From: an uncultured Oscillospiraceae bacterium
GTDB taxonomy: Bacteria; Bacillota; Clostridia; Oscillospirales; Oscillospiraceae
Direction of reading: 5' to 3'
Length of the DNA: 40,708 nt
Assembly: GCA_905233785.1 (NCBI GenBank)
Contig: CAJOCV010000049.1
Location: forward strand, 1 to 40,708
A program made the translations under genes and the position numbers. A model generated the notes under the pieces. It searched no databases. It worked only from the letters and a program-made list of their open reading frames with translations, and had not been told where the DNA came from. Positions 19,197 through 27,716 of this stretch are shown piece by piece; position 1 is the stretch's first letter, and the number at the start of each line of letters is the position of its first letter.

Positions 19197-19494
19197 ATGG
19201 CAAGCACCAAGAAGAACATGATCCGCATCCGCCTCAAGGCTTACGATCACCAGCTCATCGACAAGGCCGCCGAAACCATCGTTGAGGCCGCCAAGCGCAC
19301 CGACGCCAAGGTCTCCGGCCCCATCCCCCTGCCCACCAAGACCGAGATCGTCACCATCCTGCGCGCCGTCCACAAGTACAAGGACAGCCGTGAGCAGTTT
19401 CCTGATCGACATCGTCGCCCCCACCCCGAAGACCGTTGAGGCTCTGATGAACCTCGAGGTTCCCGCCGGCGTCGAGATCGACATCAAGATCTGA
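19197..19494 (+). pseudogene. rpsJ: 30S ribosomal protein S10 with a disrupted frame (apparent 20-nt deletion at 19400/19401)
   Basis: Frame 1 gives [18 protein letters not shown]...[10 protein letters not shown] and then nonsense up to the stop at 19439. The +1 frame from 19402 gives [30 protein letters not shown]. The canonical EMRTHKR segment between them is missing. Confidence 0.8.
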
Positions 19495-19661
19495 TCCAAC
19501 GCGCTGAGACAAGCCCCGGGCTGACCCAACAGCCCCAGACAATCCAAGTCAATGACCCATAGTTTACAGCTTGCGTCTGTAAACGGGTTAAGTTGCCAGC
19601 CTCTGGACGGGATGACCCCCGGGCTAAGCGAGGCAACCAATAACCGTTAGGAGGAAATAGA

Positions 19662-20390
19662 ATGAAGAAAGCCATCATTGGCAAGAAGGTCGGCATGACG
19701 CAGATCTTCGACGAGGCCGGCAAGGTCATTCCGGTCACTGTCATTGAAGCCGGCCCCTGCGTGGTCGTGCAGAAGATGACCAAGGAAAAGGAAGGCTATG
19801 AAGCCGTCCAGTTCGGTTACGAGGAAGTGACCGAGAAGAAGCTCTCCAAGCCCGAAGCAGGTCACCTGAAGAAGGCGGGAGTGGCAAACCTCAAGCACCT
19901 CAAGGAGTTCCGTCTCGAGGACATGAGCAAGCTGGAGGTTGGTGATGTGGTCAAGGCCGACGTTTTCGCGGAAGGCGAAAAGGTCGATGTGACCGGCACC
20001 AGCAAGGGCAAGGGCTACGCCGGCGTCATCAAGCGCTTCGGCCAGGGCCGTACCCCCACCAGCCACGGCGGCGGCCCTGTTCACCGTCACGCCGGTTCCA
20101 TGGGCTCCAGCACCGATCCTTCCCGCATTTTCCCGGGCAAGAAGCAGGCTGGTCACATGGGCGTCGATCAGGTCACCGTTCAGAACCTCGATATTGTTAA
20201 GGTCGATTCCGAGCTCAACATGATCGCCATCCGCGGCGCCGTTCCCGGCCCGAAGGGCAGCATCGTGTATATCAAGAGCACCGCCAAGACTCAGCCCGTC
20301 AAGAAGGGCGAGGGCGCCGGTATCAGCCTCAACCCGCAGAAGGCTTCCGCCCGTGTCAACCCGCAGAAGGCTTCCGCCCGTACCAAGTAA
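19662..20390 (+). CDS. rplC: 50S ribosomal protein L3 (with C-terminal extension)
   Basis: [33 protein letters not shown]... AGGAGG RBS. Canonical gene order. Confidence 0.95.
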   Translation: MKKAIIGKKVGMTQIFDEAGKVIPVTVIEAGPCVVVQKMTKEKEGYEAVQFGYEEVTEKKLSKPEAGHLKKAGVANLKHLKEFRLEDMSKLEVGDVVKADVFAEGEKVDVTGTSKGKGYAGVIKRFGQGRTPTSHGGGPVHRHAGSMGSSTDPSRIFPGKKQAGHMGVDQVTVQNLDIVKVDSELNMIAIRGAVPGPKGSIVYIKSTAKTQPVKKGEGAGISLNPQKASARVNPQKASARTK

Positions 20391-20409
20391 AGAAAGGAGA
20401 GCAGCATAA

Positions 20410-21033
20410 ATGCCTAAAGCGAATGTTTTCAATATGGCAGGCGAGAAGATCGGCGAGATCGAGCTCTCCGAGGCCATCTTCGGCATCGAGCCGAACAAGA
20501 GCGTTCTGCATGATTCCGTCAAGAATCACCTGGCCAACTGCCGTCAGGGCACCCAGAGCGCGCTCACCAAGGGTGAGGTTTCCTACACCACCAAGAAGCC
20601 CTGGCGCCAGAAGGGCACCGGCCGCGCCCGCGCCGGCTATGCCGGCTCCCCCGTGTGGTACCACGGCGGCGTCGCCTTCGCTCCCAAGCCCCGGGATTAC
20701 AGCTACACCCTCAACAAGAAGGTCAAGAGACTGGCTCTCAAGTCCGCCCTCTCCGCCAAGGCCGCCGAGAACGAGATCGTTGTCGTTGACGGCCTGAAGG
20801 TCGAGGAGATCAAGACCAAGGCCTTCGCGAGCTTCCTGAGCAAGATCGGCGTTGAGAACAAGGCGCTGGTCGTCACCGAGAATGTGGACGAGAAGGTCGT
20901 CAAGTCCGCCCGCAACATCGCCGGCGTCTCCACCACCATCGCCACCATCCTCAGCCCCTATATGATTCTCACCAACGGCAAGCTGGTTGTCGATAAGGCC
21001 GCCCTTGCCAAGATCGAGGAGGTGTTCGCCTGA
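20410..21033 (+). CDS. rplD: 50S ribosomal protein L4
   Basis: KKPWRQKGTGRARAG motif and gene order. Confidence 0.95.
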   Translation: MPKANVFNMAGEKIGEIELSEAIFGIEPNKSVLHDSVKNHLANCRQGTQSALTKGEVSYTTKKPWRQKGTGRARAGYAGSPVWYHGGVAFAPKPRDYSYTLNKKVKRLALKSALSAKAAENEIVVVDGLKVEEIKTKAFASFLSKIGVENKALVVTENVDEKVVKSARNIAGVSTTIATILSPYMILTNGKLVVDKAALAKIEEVFA

Positions 21034-21329
21034 TGAAGACCGCATACGACGTTATCATCCGCCCCATCATCACCGAGCAGTCCATGGAAGATCTGGACAT
21101 CAAGAAGTACGCGTTTGAAGTCGCCAAGGACGCCAACAAGATCGAGATCAAGAAGGCGATCGAGGAGATCTTCGGCGTGACCGTCATCAAGGTCACCACC
21201 GAGCACGTCCGCGGCAAGGCCAAGCGTCAGGGCGCTTACCCCATGGGTAAGACCGCCTCCTGGAAAAAGGCCGTCGTGAAGCTCAGTGCCGACTCCAAGA
21301 ACATTGAGCTCTTTGAAGGCATGGTTTAA
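21033..21329 (+). CDS. rplW: 50S ribosomal protein L23
   Basis: TGATG overlap with rpl[13 protein letters not shown]... matches L23. Confidence 0.93.
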   Translation: MKTAYDVIIRPIITEQSMEDLDIKKYAFEVAKDANKIEIKKAIEEIFGVTVIKVTTEHVRGKAKRQGAYPMGKTASWKKAVVKLSADSKNIELFEGMV

Positions 21330-21343
21330 GGGAGGAAGAAAGA

Positions 21344-22180
21344 ATGGCTATCAAGACTTACAGACCCACTACCCCTTCCCGGCGTCACATGACCGTCTCC
21401 GGCTTTGACGGTGTTGACAAGCACGCCAAGCCCGAGAAGTCCCTCGTCGAGGTTCTCAAGAAGAACGCCGGCCGCAACAGCTACGGCCGCATCACCGTCC
21501 GCCACCAGGGCGGCGGCAATCGCCAGAAGTACCGTGTCATCGACTTCAAGCGTGACAAGCGCGACGTCGAGGGCAAGGTTCTCCGCCTGGAGTACGACCC
21601 GAACCGCAGCGCGTTCATCGCTCTCGTTGAGTACGCTGACGGCGAGCGCCGCTACATCCTGGCTCCTGTCGGCCTGAGCGTCGGCGACACCGTGCTCGCC
21701 TCCGCCGCCGCCGACATCAAGCCCGGCAACGCTCTGCCCCTGCAGAACATCCCCGTCGGCACCGTGATCCACAACATCGAGCTCTACCCCGGCAAGGGCG
21801 CCCAGCTCGTCCGCAGCGCCGGCGTCGCCGCGCAGCTGATGGCCAAGGAGAACGGTATGGCGACCGTGCGTCTCCCCTCCGGCGAGATGCGCAAGATCCG
21901 CCTCGACTGCTTTGCCACCATCGGCCAGGTCGGCAACATCGACCACGCCAATGTCCACATCGGCAAGGCCGGCCGCAAACGCCACATGGGCATCCGTCCC
22001 ACCGTGCGCGGCTCCGTCATGAACCCCGTTGACCACCCCCACGGCGGCGGCGAGGGCAAGTCCCCTGTCGGCCGTCCCGGCCCTGTCACTCCTTGGGGCA
22101 AGCCCGCGCTTGGTTACAAGACCCGCAAGACGAAGAACGCGACTGACAAGTTCATCGTCAAGCGCCGCAATGCGAAGTAA
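21344..22180 (+). CDS. rplB: 50S ribosomal protein L2
   Basis: [14 protein letters not shown]... and [13 protein letters not shown]. Confidence 0.96.
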   Translation: MAIKTYRPTTPSRRHMTVSGFDGVDKHAKPEKSLVEVLKKNAGRNSYGRITVRHQGGGNRQKYRVIDFKRDKRDVEGKVLRLEYDPNRSAFIALVEYADGERRYILAPVGLSVGDTVLASAAADIKPGNALPLQNIPVGTVIHNIELYPGKGAQLVRSAGVAAQLMAKENGMATVRLPSGEMRKIRLDCFATIGQVGNIDHANVHIGKAGRKRHMGIRPTVRGSVMNPVDHPHGGGEGKSPVGRPGPVTPWGKPALGYKTRKTKNATDKFIVKRRNAK

Positions 22181-22194
22181 GGAGGGAATCGTAA

Positions 22195-22467
22195 ATGAGC
22201 AGAAGCATTAAGAAAGGCCCCTTCGCCGCTCCCGAGCTGCTGAAGAGAGTCGATGAAATGAACAAGAGCGGCAACAAGCAGGTCGTCAAGACCTGGAGCC
22301 GTTCCTCCACGATCTTCCCGTCCTTCGTCGGACACACCATCGCCGTTCACGACGGCCGCCGTCACGTTCCCGTGTATGTCACCGAGGATATGGTCGGTCA
22401 CAAGCTGGGCGAGTTCGCCCCGACCCGTACCTTCCGCGGCCATGCCGGCAGCAAGACCGGCAAGTAA
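22195..22467 (+). CDS. rpsS: 30S ribosomal protein S19
   Basis: [10 protein letters not shown]... and [23 protein letters not shown]. Confidence 0.96.
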   Translation: MSRSIKKGPFAAPELLKRVDEMNKSGNKQVVKTWSRSSTIFPSFVGHTIAVHDGRRHVPVYVTEDMVGHKLGEFAPTRTFRGHAGSKTGK

Positions 22468-22479
22468 GGAGGAGAGAAA

Positions 22480-22827
22480 ATGGACGAGAAGAAAATTGCC
22501 CGTGCGGAGCACAAATACGCCCGTATTTCTCCCCGCAAGGTTGAGATCATCTGCAACATGATCCGCGGCAAGGACGCCAAGGTCGCCATGGCTCTGATGG
22601 AGAACACCCCGAAGGCCGGCTGCGAGCTGATGATCAAGGTGCTCAAGAGCGCCATGGCCAATGCCGAGAACAACTTTGAAATGGACCCCGAGAAGCTCTA
22701 CGTCTGCCAGACCTACGCCGGCGCCGGCCCCATCCTCAAGAGGGGCATGCCGAGAGCTCAGGGCCGTATGTACCGCATCAACAAGCGCACCAGCCACATC
22801 ATGATCGCTGTGGCTGAGAGAGACTAA
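22480..22827 (+). CDS. rplV: 50S ribosomal protein L22
   Basis: [18 protein letters not shown]... and gene order. Confidence 0.94.
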   Translation: MDEKKIARAEHKYARISPRKVEIICNMIRGKDAKVAMALMENTPKAGCELMIKVLKSAMANAENNFEMDPEKLYVCQTYAGAGPILKRGMPRAQGRMYRINKRTSHIMIAVAERD

Positions 22828-22846
22828 GGGAAGGAGGCAGAATTAT

Positions 22847-23731
22847 ATGGGACAGAAAGTTAATCCCCACGGCCTGCGCGTTGGCGTTATCAAGGATTGG
22901 GATTCCCGCTGGTATGCGCGCGAGGACAAGGTCGGCGATCTGATCGTCGAGGATCACAAGATCCGTGAGTATCTGAAGAAGGCTCTTTATTCCGCCGGCG
23001 TTCCCACCATCGAGATCGAGCGCGACTCCGCCAAGGTTCGCATCTATATCCACTGCGCCCGTCCCGGCGTCGTCATCGGCAAGGGCGGCGAGCAGATCGA
23101 GAAGCTGCGCCTCGAGGTCGAGAAGCTCATCGGCAAGCCCGTTGCGCTCTCCATCGTCGAAGTTCGCACTCCCGATACGAATGCTCAGCTTGTGGCCGAG
23201 AACATCGCCCAGCAGCTCGAGAAGCGCATCGGCTTCCGCCGCGCCATGAAGAACGCCATGGGTCGCGCCATGAGAATGGGCGCCCGCGGCATCAAGGTCA
23301 AGTGCGGCGGCCGTCTGGGCGGCGCTGAGATCGCCCGCAGCGAGTGCTACCACGAGGGTACCATCCCCCTGCAGACCATCCGTGCCGACATCGACTACGG
23401 CTTTGCCGAGGCGAACACCACCTACGGCCGCATCGGCGTCAAGGTTTGGATCTACAAAGGCGAGGTCCTCTCCCAGACCCTGCGCACCACTCCGCGCACG
23501 ATGGATCTCTCCAAGCCCGCCGGCGAGCGCCGTCGCAGAGACGACCGCCGCCAGGGCGGTGACCGCCGTCAGGGCGGCTACAACCGCGACAACAATCGCC
23601 AGGGCGGCTACAATCGCGACAATCGCGACGGCAACCGTCAGGGCGGCTATGGCAGCAGACCCCAGGGTCAGGGCGGCTACAACCGCGGACCCCGTCCCGC
23701 CGCTCCCGCTAAGGAAGGAGGCAACAACTAA
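22847..23731 (+). CDS. rpsC: 30S ribosomal protein S3 with a ~80-aa low-complexity R/Q/G/N/Y tail
   Basis: [24 protein letters not shown]... is the core. Tail is [57 protein letters not shown]. Confidence 0.95.
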   Translation: MGQKVNPHGLRVGVIKDWDSRWYAREDKVGDLIVEDHKIREYLKKALYSAGVPTIEIERDSAKVRIYIHCARPGVVIGKGGEQIEKLRLEVEKLIGKPVALSIVEVRTPDTNAQLVAENIAQQLEKRIGFRRAMKNAMGRAMRMGARGIKVKCGGRLGGAEIARSECYHEGTIPLQTIRADIDYGFAEANTTYGRIGVKVWIYKGEVLSQTLRTTPRTMDLSKPAGERRRRDDRRQGGDRRQGGYNRDNNRQGGYNRDNRDGNRQGGYGSRPQGQGGYNRGPRPAAPAKEGGNN

Positions 23732-24162
23732 TGTTAATGCCTAAGAGAGTTAAATACCGCAGAGTTCAGCGCGGCCGCATGAAGGGCAAAGCCACCCGCG
23801 GCAACGTCGTCTCCTACGGTGAATTCGGTCTTGCTGCGCAGGAGCCCGGCTGGATCACCTCCAACCAGATCGAGGCCGCCCGTATCGCCATGACCCGCTA
23901 CACCAAGCGCGGCGGTCAGGTGTGGATCAAGATCTTCCCCGACAAGCCCGTGACCGCGAAGCCCGCCGAGACCCGTATGGGCTCCGGTAAAGGCTCCCCC
24001 GAGTACTGGGTCGCAGTCGTCAAGCCCGGCCGCGTGATGTTTGAGATCGCCGGTGTCCCCGAGGAGACCGCGCGCGAGGCTCTGCGTCTGGCCAGCCACA
24101 AGCTGCCCATCAAGACCAAGATCGTCGCGAAGGGCACCGAGTCTGAGAACGGTGGTGAATAA
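23731..24162 (+). CDS. rplP: 50S ribosomal protein L16
   Basis: [19 protein letters not shown]... TAATG overlap with rpsC. Confidence 0.95.
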   Translation: MLMPKRVKYRRVQRGRMKGKATRGNVVSYGEFGLAAQEPGWITSNQIEAARIAMTRYTKRGGQVWIKIFPDKPVTAKPAETRMGSGKGSPEYWVAVVKPGRVMFEIAGVPEETAREALRLASHKLPIKTKIVAKGTESENGGE

Positions 24163-24163
24163 G

Positions 24164-24352
24164 ATGAAGGCAAACGAAATTCGCTCCATGTCCGTCAGCG
24201 AGCTGGAAGCCAAGCTCGCCGAGCTCAAGAAGGATCTGTTCATGCTCCGCATGCAGCATGCCACCAATCATCTTGACAACCCCACCAAGATCTCTGCCAC
24301 CCGCCGCGACATCGCTCGCGTCAAGACCGTGCTTCGCCAGAAGCAGAACTGA
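24164..24352 (+). CDS. rpmC: 50S ribosomal protein L29
   Basis: [33 protein letters not shown]... Start is at ATG 24164. The ORF-track extension to 24041 overlaps rplP and is rejected. Confidence 0.92.
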   Translation: MKANEIRSMSVSELEAKLAELKKDLFMLRMQHATNHLDNPTKISATRRDIARVKTVLRQKQN

Positions 24353-24366
24353 GGAGGTAAGGAAGA

Positions 24367-24630
24367 ATGAATACTGAGAGAACTACTTCCCGTAAGGTCC
24401 GCGTGGGCAAGGTCGTTTCTGACAAGATGGACAAGACCGTGGTCGTCATCGTTGAGGACCGCGTCGCTCACAAGACCTACAAGAAGATCATCGGCCGGAC
24501 CTACCGTCTGAAGGCGCACGACGAGAACAACGCGTGCGGCGTCGGCGACATCGTCCGCGTGATGGAGACCCGCCCCCTGTCCAAGGACAAGAGATGGCGC
24601 GTGGTCGAAATCGTTGAGAAGGCTAAGTAA
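24367..24630 (+). CDS. rpsQ: 30S ribosomal protein S17
   Basis: [19 protein letters not shown]... matches S17. Confidence 0.95.
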   Translation: MNTERTTSRKVRVGKVVSDKMDKTVVVIVEDRVAHKTYKKIIGRTYRLKAHDENNACGVGDIVRVMETRPLSKDKRWRVVEIVEKAK

Positions 24631-24642
24631 GGAGGCGACAGC

Positions 24643-25014
24643 ATGATTCAGCAGGAAACTTATCTGAAGGTCGCCGACAATACCGGCGCCAAGGAACTCA
24701 AGTGCATCCGCGTGCTGGGCGGCTCCAAGCGCAAGTACGCCAGCATCGGTGACGTGATCGTCTGCTCCGTCCGCAAGGCGGCTCCCGGCGGCTCCGTCAA
24801 GAAGGGCGATGTGGTCAAGGCCGTCGTGGTCCGTACCGTCAAGCCCGTCCGCCGTGCCGACGGCACCTACGTTCGTTTCGACGAGAACGCTGCGGTTCTC
24901 ATCAACACCGGTGATAAGAACCCCCGCGGCACCCGTATCTTTGGGCCCGTCGCCCGTGAGCTGCGTGACAAGGAGTACATGAAGATCCTGTCCCTGGCTC
25001 CCGAAGTGATTTGA
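24643..25014 (+). CDS. rplN: 50S ribosomal protein L14
   Basis: [27 protein letters not shown]... Confidence 0.96.
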   Translation: MIQQETYLKVADNTGAKELKCIRVLGGSKRKYASIGDVIVCSVRKAAPGGSVKKGDVVKAVVVRTVKPVRRADGTYVRFDENAAVLINTGDKNPRGTRIFGPVARELRDKEYMKILSLAPEVI

Positions 25015-25030
25015 TGGAGGGCAAGAGAGA

Positions 25031-25336
25031 ATGAACATTAAGAAAGACGATAAAGTCGTTGTTCTGTCCGGTAAGGACAAGGGCAAGCAGGGCAAGGTCC
25101 TGATCGCCGATCCCAAGGCCGGCAAGGTCGTTGTCGAAGGCGTCAATGTTGCCACCAAGCACCAGAAGCCCCGTCAGCAGGGTCAGGAAGGCGGCATCAT
25201 CAAGGTCGAAACCCCGATCTACGTCAGCAAGGTTCAGCTTGTCTGCCCCAAGTGCGGCAAGAACACCCGCGTTGGCCACAAGATCGAGAACGGCAAGAAG
25301 TCCCGCGTCTGCAAGAAGTGCGGCGCTGAAATCTGA
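25031..25336 (+). CDS. rplX: 50S ribosomal protein L24 (with CxxC...CxxC C-terminus)
   Basis: [21 protein letters not shown] is the KOW motif. C-terminus is CPKCG...CKKCG. Confidence 0.94.
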   Translation: MNIKKDDKVVVLSGKDKGKQGKVLIADPKAGKVVVEGVNVATKHQKPRQQGQEGGIIKVETPIYVSKVQLVCPKCGKNTRVGHKIENGKKSRVCKKCGAEI

Positions 25337-25357
25337 GAGAAAGGAGATAACTGACTT

Positions 25358-25897
25358 ATGACCAGAATGAAGGAAAAGTATGTTAAGGAAGTTGCTCCTG
25401 CTCTGATGGAGAAGTTCCAGTACAAGTCCGTGATGCAGATCCCCAAGATCGACAAGATCGTTGTCTCTGTCGGCTGCGGCGACTGCAAGGACAACGCCAA
25501 GGCGCTTGACGGCGTCATCAAGGAGATCTCCGCGATCACCGGTCAGCACGCTGTCGCCACCGTGGCGCGCAAGTCCGTCGCCAACTTCAAGCTCCGTGAG
25601 GGCATGAAGGTCGGCGTCAAGGTGACGCTGCGCCAGGATCGCATGTGGGAGTTCCTGGATCGTCTGTTCAACGTGGCGCTGCCCCGTGTCCGCGACTTCC
25701 GCGGCATCAGCGCTGACGCCTTCGACGGCCGCGGCAACTACAGCCTTGGCCTCAAGGAGCAGATCATCTTCCCCGAAATCGAGTACGACAAGATCGAGAA
25801 GCTGCGTGGTATGAACATCGCGATCACCACCACTGCCAAGACCGACGAAGAGGCTCGCGAGCTCTTAAAGCTCATGGGCGCTCCCTTCGTGAGCTAA
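25358..25897 (+). CDS. rplE: 50S ribosomal protein L5
   Basis: [33 protein letters not shown]... Confidence 0.95.
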   Translation: MTRMKEKYVKEVAPALMEKFQYKSVMQIPKIDKIVVSVGCGDCKDNAKALDGVIKEISAITGQHAVATVARKSVANFKLREGMKVGVKVTLRQDRMWEFLDRLFNVALPRVRDFRGISADAFDGRGNYSLGLKEQIIFPEIEYDKIEKLRGMNIAITTTAKTDEEARELLKLMGAPFVS

Positions 25898-25911
25898 GGA
25901 GGAGAAGAAGA

Positions 25912-26097
25912 ATGGCTAAGAAATCTATGATCCTCAAGCAGCAGGCGCCTGCGAAGTTCTCCACCCGCAAGTACAACCGCTGCAAGATCTGCGGTCGTCC
26001 TCACGCCTATCTGCGCAATTACGGCATCTGCCGTATCTGCTTCCGTGAGCTGGCCTACAAGGGTCAGATCCCCGGCGTGCGCAAGGCGAGCTTCTGA
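25912..26097 (+). CDS. rpsN: 30S ribosomal protein S14, type Z (zinc-binding, 61 aa)
   Basis: [11 protein letters not shown]... [23 protein letters not shown]. Confidence 0.95.
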   Translation: MAKKSMILKQQAPAKFSTRKYNRCKICGRPHAYLRNYGICRICFRELAYKGQIPGVRKASF

Positions 26098-26113
26098 TCT
26101 CAGACTACAAAAC

Positions 26114-26152
26114 AAAAAGCTTTGAAGAATTTTCTTTCTTCAAAGCTTTTTT
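26114..26152. terminator. strong bidirectional rho-independent terminator directly after rpsN
   Basis: AAAGCTTTGAAGAA-ttttct-TTCTTCAAAGCTTT is a perfect 14-bp stem, flanked by AAAAA on the 5' side and TTTTT on the 3' side. This position is normally read through into rpsH. Confidence 0.8.
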
Positions 26153-26196
26153 AATAAGGGTAACAATTCAATCAGTACAACAAACAAACTGAATTG

Positions 26197-26847
26197 TTAC
26201 TCTGCCGTACTGCTTGCGACGGTATGGTTTTTGTAAGTGCTCCAGGTTGGCTCATAGCCGGGATCGGCCTGATTACCCCACATATCCCATCCTTCGCGAT
26301 CTCCTCGCGCAAATAACTCGATGCGATTTGGCTGACTGCAGGACTCAATGATCGGTATGATCTCGTCCGGTTTTCTACTGTGTTCACGCTTTTGCGCTCT
26401 GATAAGGTTGACTTGAGATCGTGCGGGTGCTAAGGTTCGGTTGGGCGCACTGTTCTTTTTTATGCCAAAGAGCAGCAGTTCGGTAACATTACGAAAATAA
26501 AATCCGACGCCGCGCCCGTCAGGCAAGCCGTCCTTGCGTACTTTTTCCCAAACGACATTTCCCTTGTATTCAAAGCCCCAGGAATCCATCACTGCCAAGC
26601 CGTCCGGAAGCAAGGCGTTGGGAATCCATAGGTATAAATGAGCTTTCTGGTCTGCAATATTGGCAACGGGAAGTGCCTTGATGTCCTCCAGGGTCATTGT
26701 TTCATATCTTGAAAGCCTTTTGTGCTCAGGGGAAACTTTACCTGTGCGGTTTTGAAATTGCCATGGGGGATCAGCGTATATTGTGTTATATTTTTTACCA
26801 TTTGTGAATGTTAAAAGGTTATTCGAGGTCTCCTCAAGATTACTCAT
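26197..26847 (-). CDS. MT-A70-family DNA methyltransferase (DPPW motif)
   Basis: YADPPWQF is catalytic motif IV. AT-rich. Its ATG overlaps the stop of the upstream endonuclease gene (ATGAGTAA). Confidence 0.8.
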   Translation of the reverse strand: MSNLEETSNNLLTFTNGKKYNTIYADPPWQFQNRTGKVSPEHKRLSRYETMTLEDIKALPVANIADQKAHLYLWIPNALLPDGLAVMDSWGFEYKGNVVWEKVRKDGLPDGRGVGFYFRNVTELLLFGIKKNSAPNRTLAPARSQVNLIRAQKREHSRKPDEIIPIIESCSQPNRIELFARGDREGWDMWGNQADPGYEPTWSTYKNHTVASSTAE

Positions 26848-27499
26848 ATCCTTTCACACATCCCTTCTTGATGCCGATAGCCAGGATTGGGCATCCGCCG
26901 TTCCGTCTACTATCAAGCCGGTATAGCAGTTTACCAATCCAGGTGGTCGAGGCGCCATATTTTGTCAATAAACCAAGTTCCCTGAAAATGTCATTCAGAT
27001 CCTCTGATCGGGTGACAATTACACCGACGTCGATTAATCCGCAATCAAAATATGTTCGCATGGCAAGCAAATCGCGATCAAAGGTTTGGTCTTTGCTGTT
27101 CCATTCAAGGTCAAAGGCGACTTTGTTTTTCAGAAAATCAATATTGTGGCCATCAATATAACCGCGTATGGTCTCAATTTCAAACGGCTCAGACGCAAAT
27201 CGGCCTCTGCGCTGGGCAACCTGACGAGGATACTTTTTTACAATCAGATCTCCGGATATACGAATTTCACGCCATCCGAGAGGGTAGAGGACATCATCAA
27301 ATTTTTTCGGAATCGGAGATTCATTACCGCCCGCTTTCCTTATATCCATCAATGACAACTCAAGCTGTCGAAGAGATTGCTGTATCTCATTCCATTCCTC
27401 CGGAAAGCTTTCATGCAAAATCTCCAAAGCGTGTCCGTAGTCGTAAAACTCAAATTTTGGCTGAATAGCCGGATCTATATAAATACCGTTTGCGATCAC
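26840..27499 (-). CDS. type II restriction endonuclease, BglII/BamHI-fold candidate
   Basis: YDYGHALEILHESFPEEWNEI and IDFLKNKVAFDLEWNSKD resemble, from memory, BglII YNHADEIL...WKEI and IDFGKRDTLVEVQFS. Start set at GTG 27499, 7 nt after GGAGG (27511-27507). The ORF-track start at 27556 is a TTG only ~9 nt from the predicted TSS. Confidence 0.6.
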   Translation of the reverse strand: MIANGIYIDPAIQPKFEFYDYGHALEILHESFPEEWNEIQQSLRQLELSLMDIRKAGGNESPIPKKFDDVLYPLGWREIRISGDLIVKKYPRQVAQRRGRFASEPFEIETIRGYIDGHNIDFLKNKVAFDLEWNSKDQTFDRDLLAMRTYFDCGLIDVGVIVTRSEDLNDIFRELGLLTKYGASTTWIGKLLYRLDSRRNGGCPILAIGIKKGCVKGYE

Positions 27500-27571
27500 G
27501 CAGCTACCTCCTCGCGCAACATAACTCAACGTATAAGAAAACATCCAAAAGGACAAAAAACCATAATAAAT

Positions 27572-27600
27572 AGTATATCATTACGGAAGCAACATTTCAA
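27572..27600 (-). promoter_or_regulatory. sigma-A promoter for the R-M operon
   Basis: Minus strand reads TTGAAA (27600-27595), a 17-nt spacer and TATACT (27577-27572). Confidence 0.6.
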
Positions 27601-27635
27601 TCTCTTAAGAAGGCCTAAATCACGGAAATTACAGA

Positions 27636-27664
27636 TTGCTTTTCTATACTATTAATGATAAAAT
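27636..27664 (+). promoter_or_regulatory. candidate sigma-A promoter for the HD-GYP gene
   Basis: TTGCTT (27636-27641), a 17-nt spacer and TAAAAT (27659-27664). Confidence 0.45.
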
Positions 27665-27716
27665 GCGGCAAACGGAAATGCGGCCTGTCTGTATTCGTCC
27701 ACCGAGGAGGTAAAGC

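Noticed and set aside
19398-19404. Programmed +1 ribosomal frameshift (TTT-C slip before a rare CCT) as the main explanation for the rpsJ frame break
   Set aside because: It is mechanistically conceivable, but it would not explain the absence of the conserved EMRTHKR residues. Deletion or assembly error is the more economical explanation. It is kept as a minor alternative in the finding.
26808-27468. Plus-strand ORFs (117, 138 and 89 aa) opposite the endonuclease gene
   Set aside because: They are antisense to an ORF with an RBS, a promoter and recognisable family resemblance. No start-site signals or motifs.
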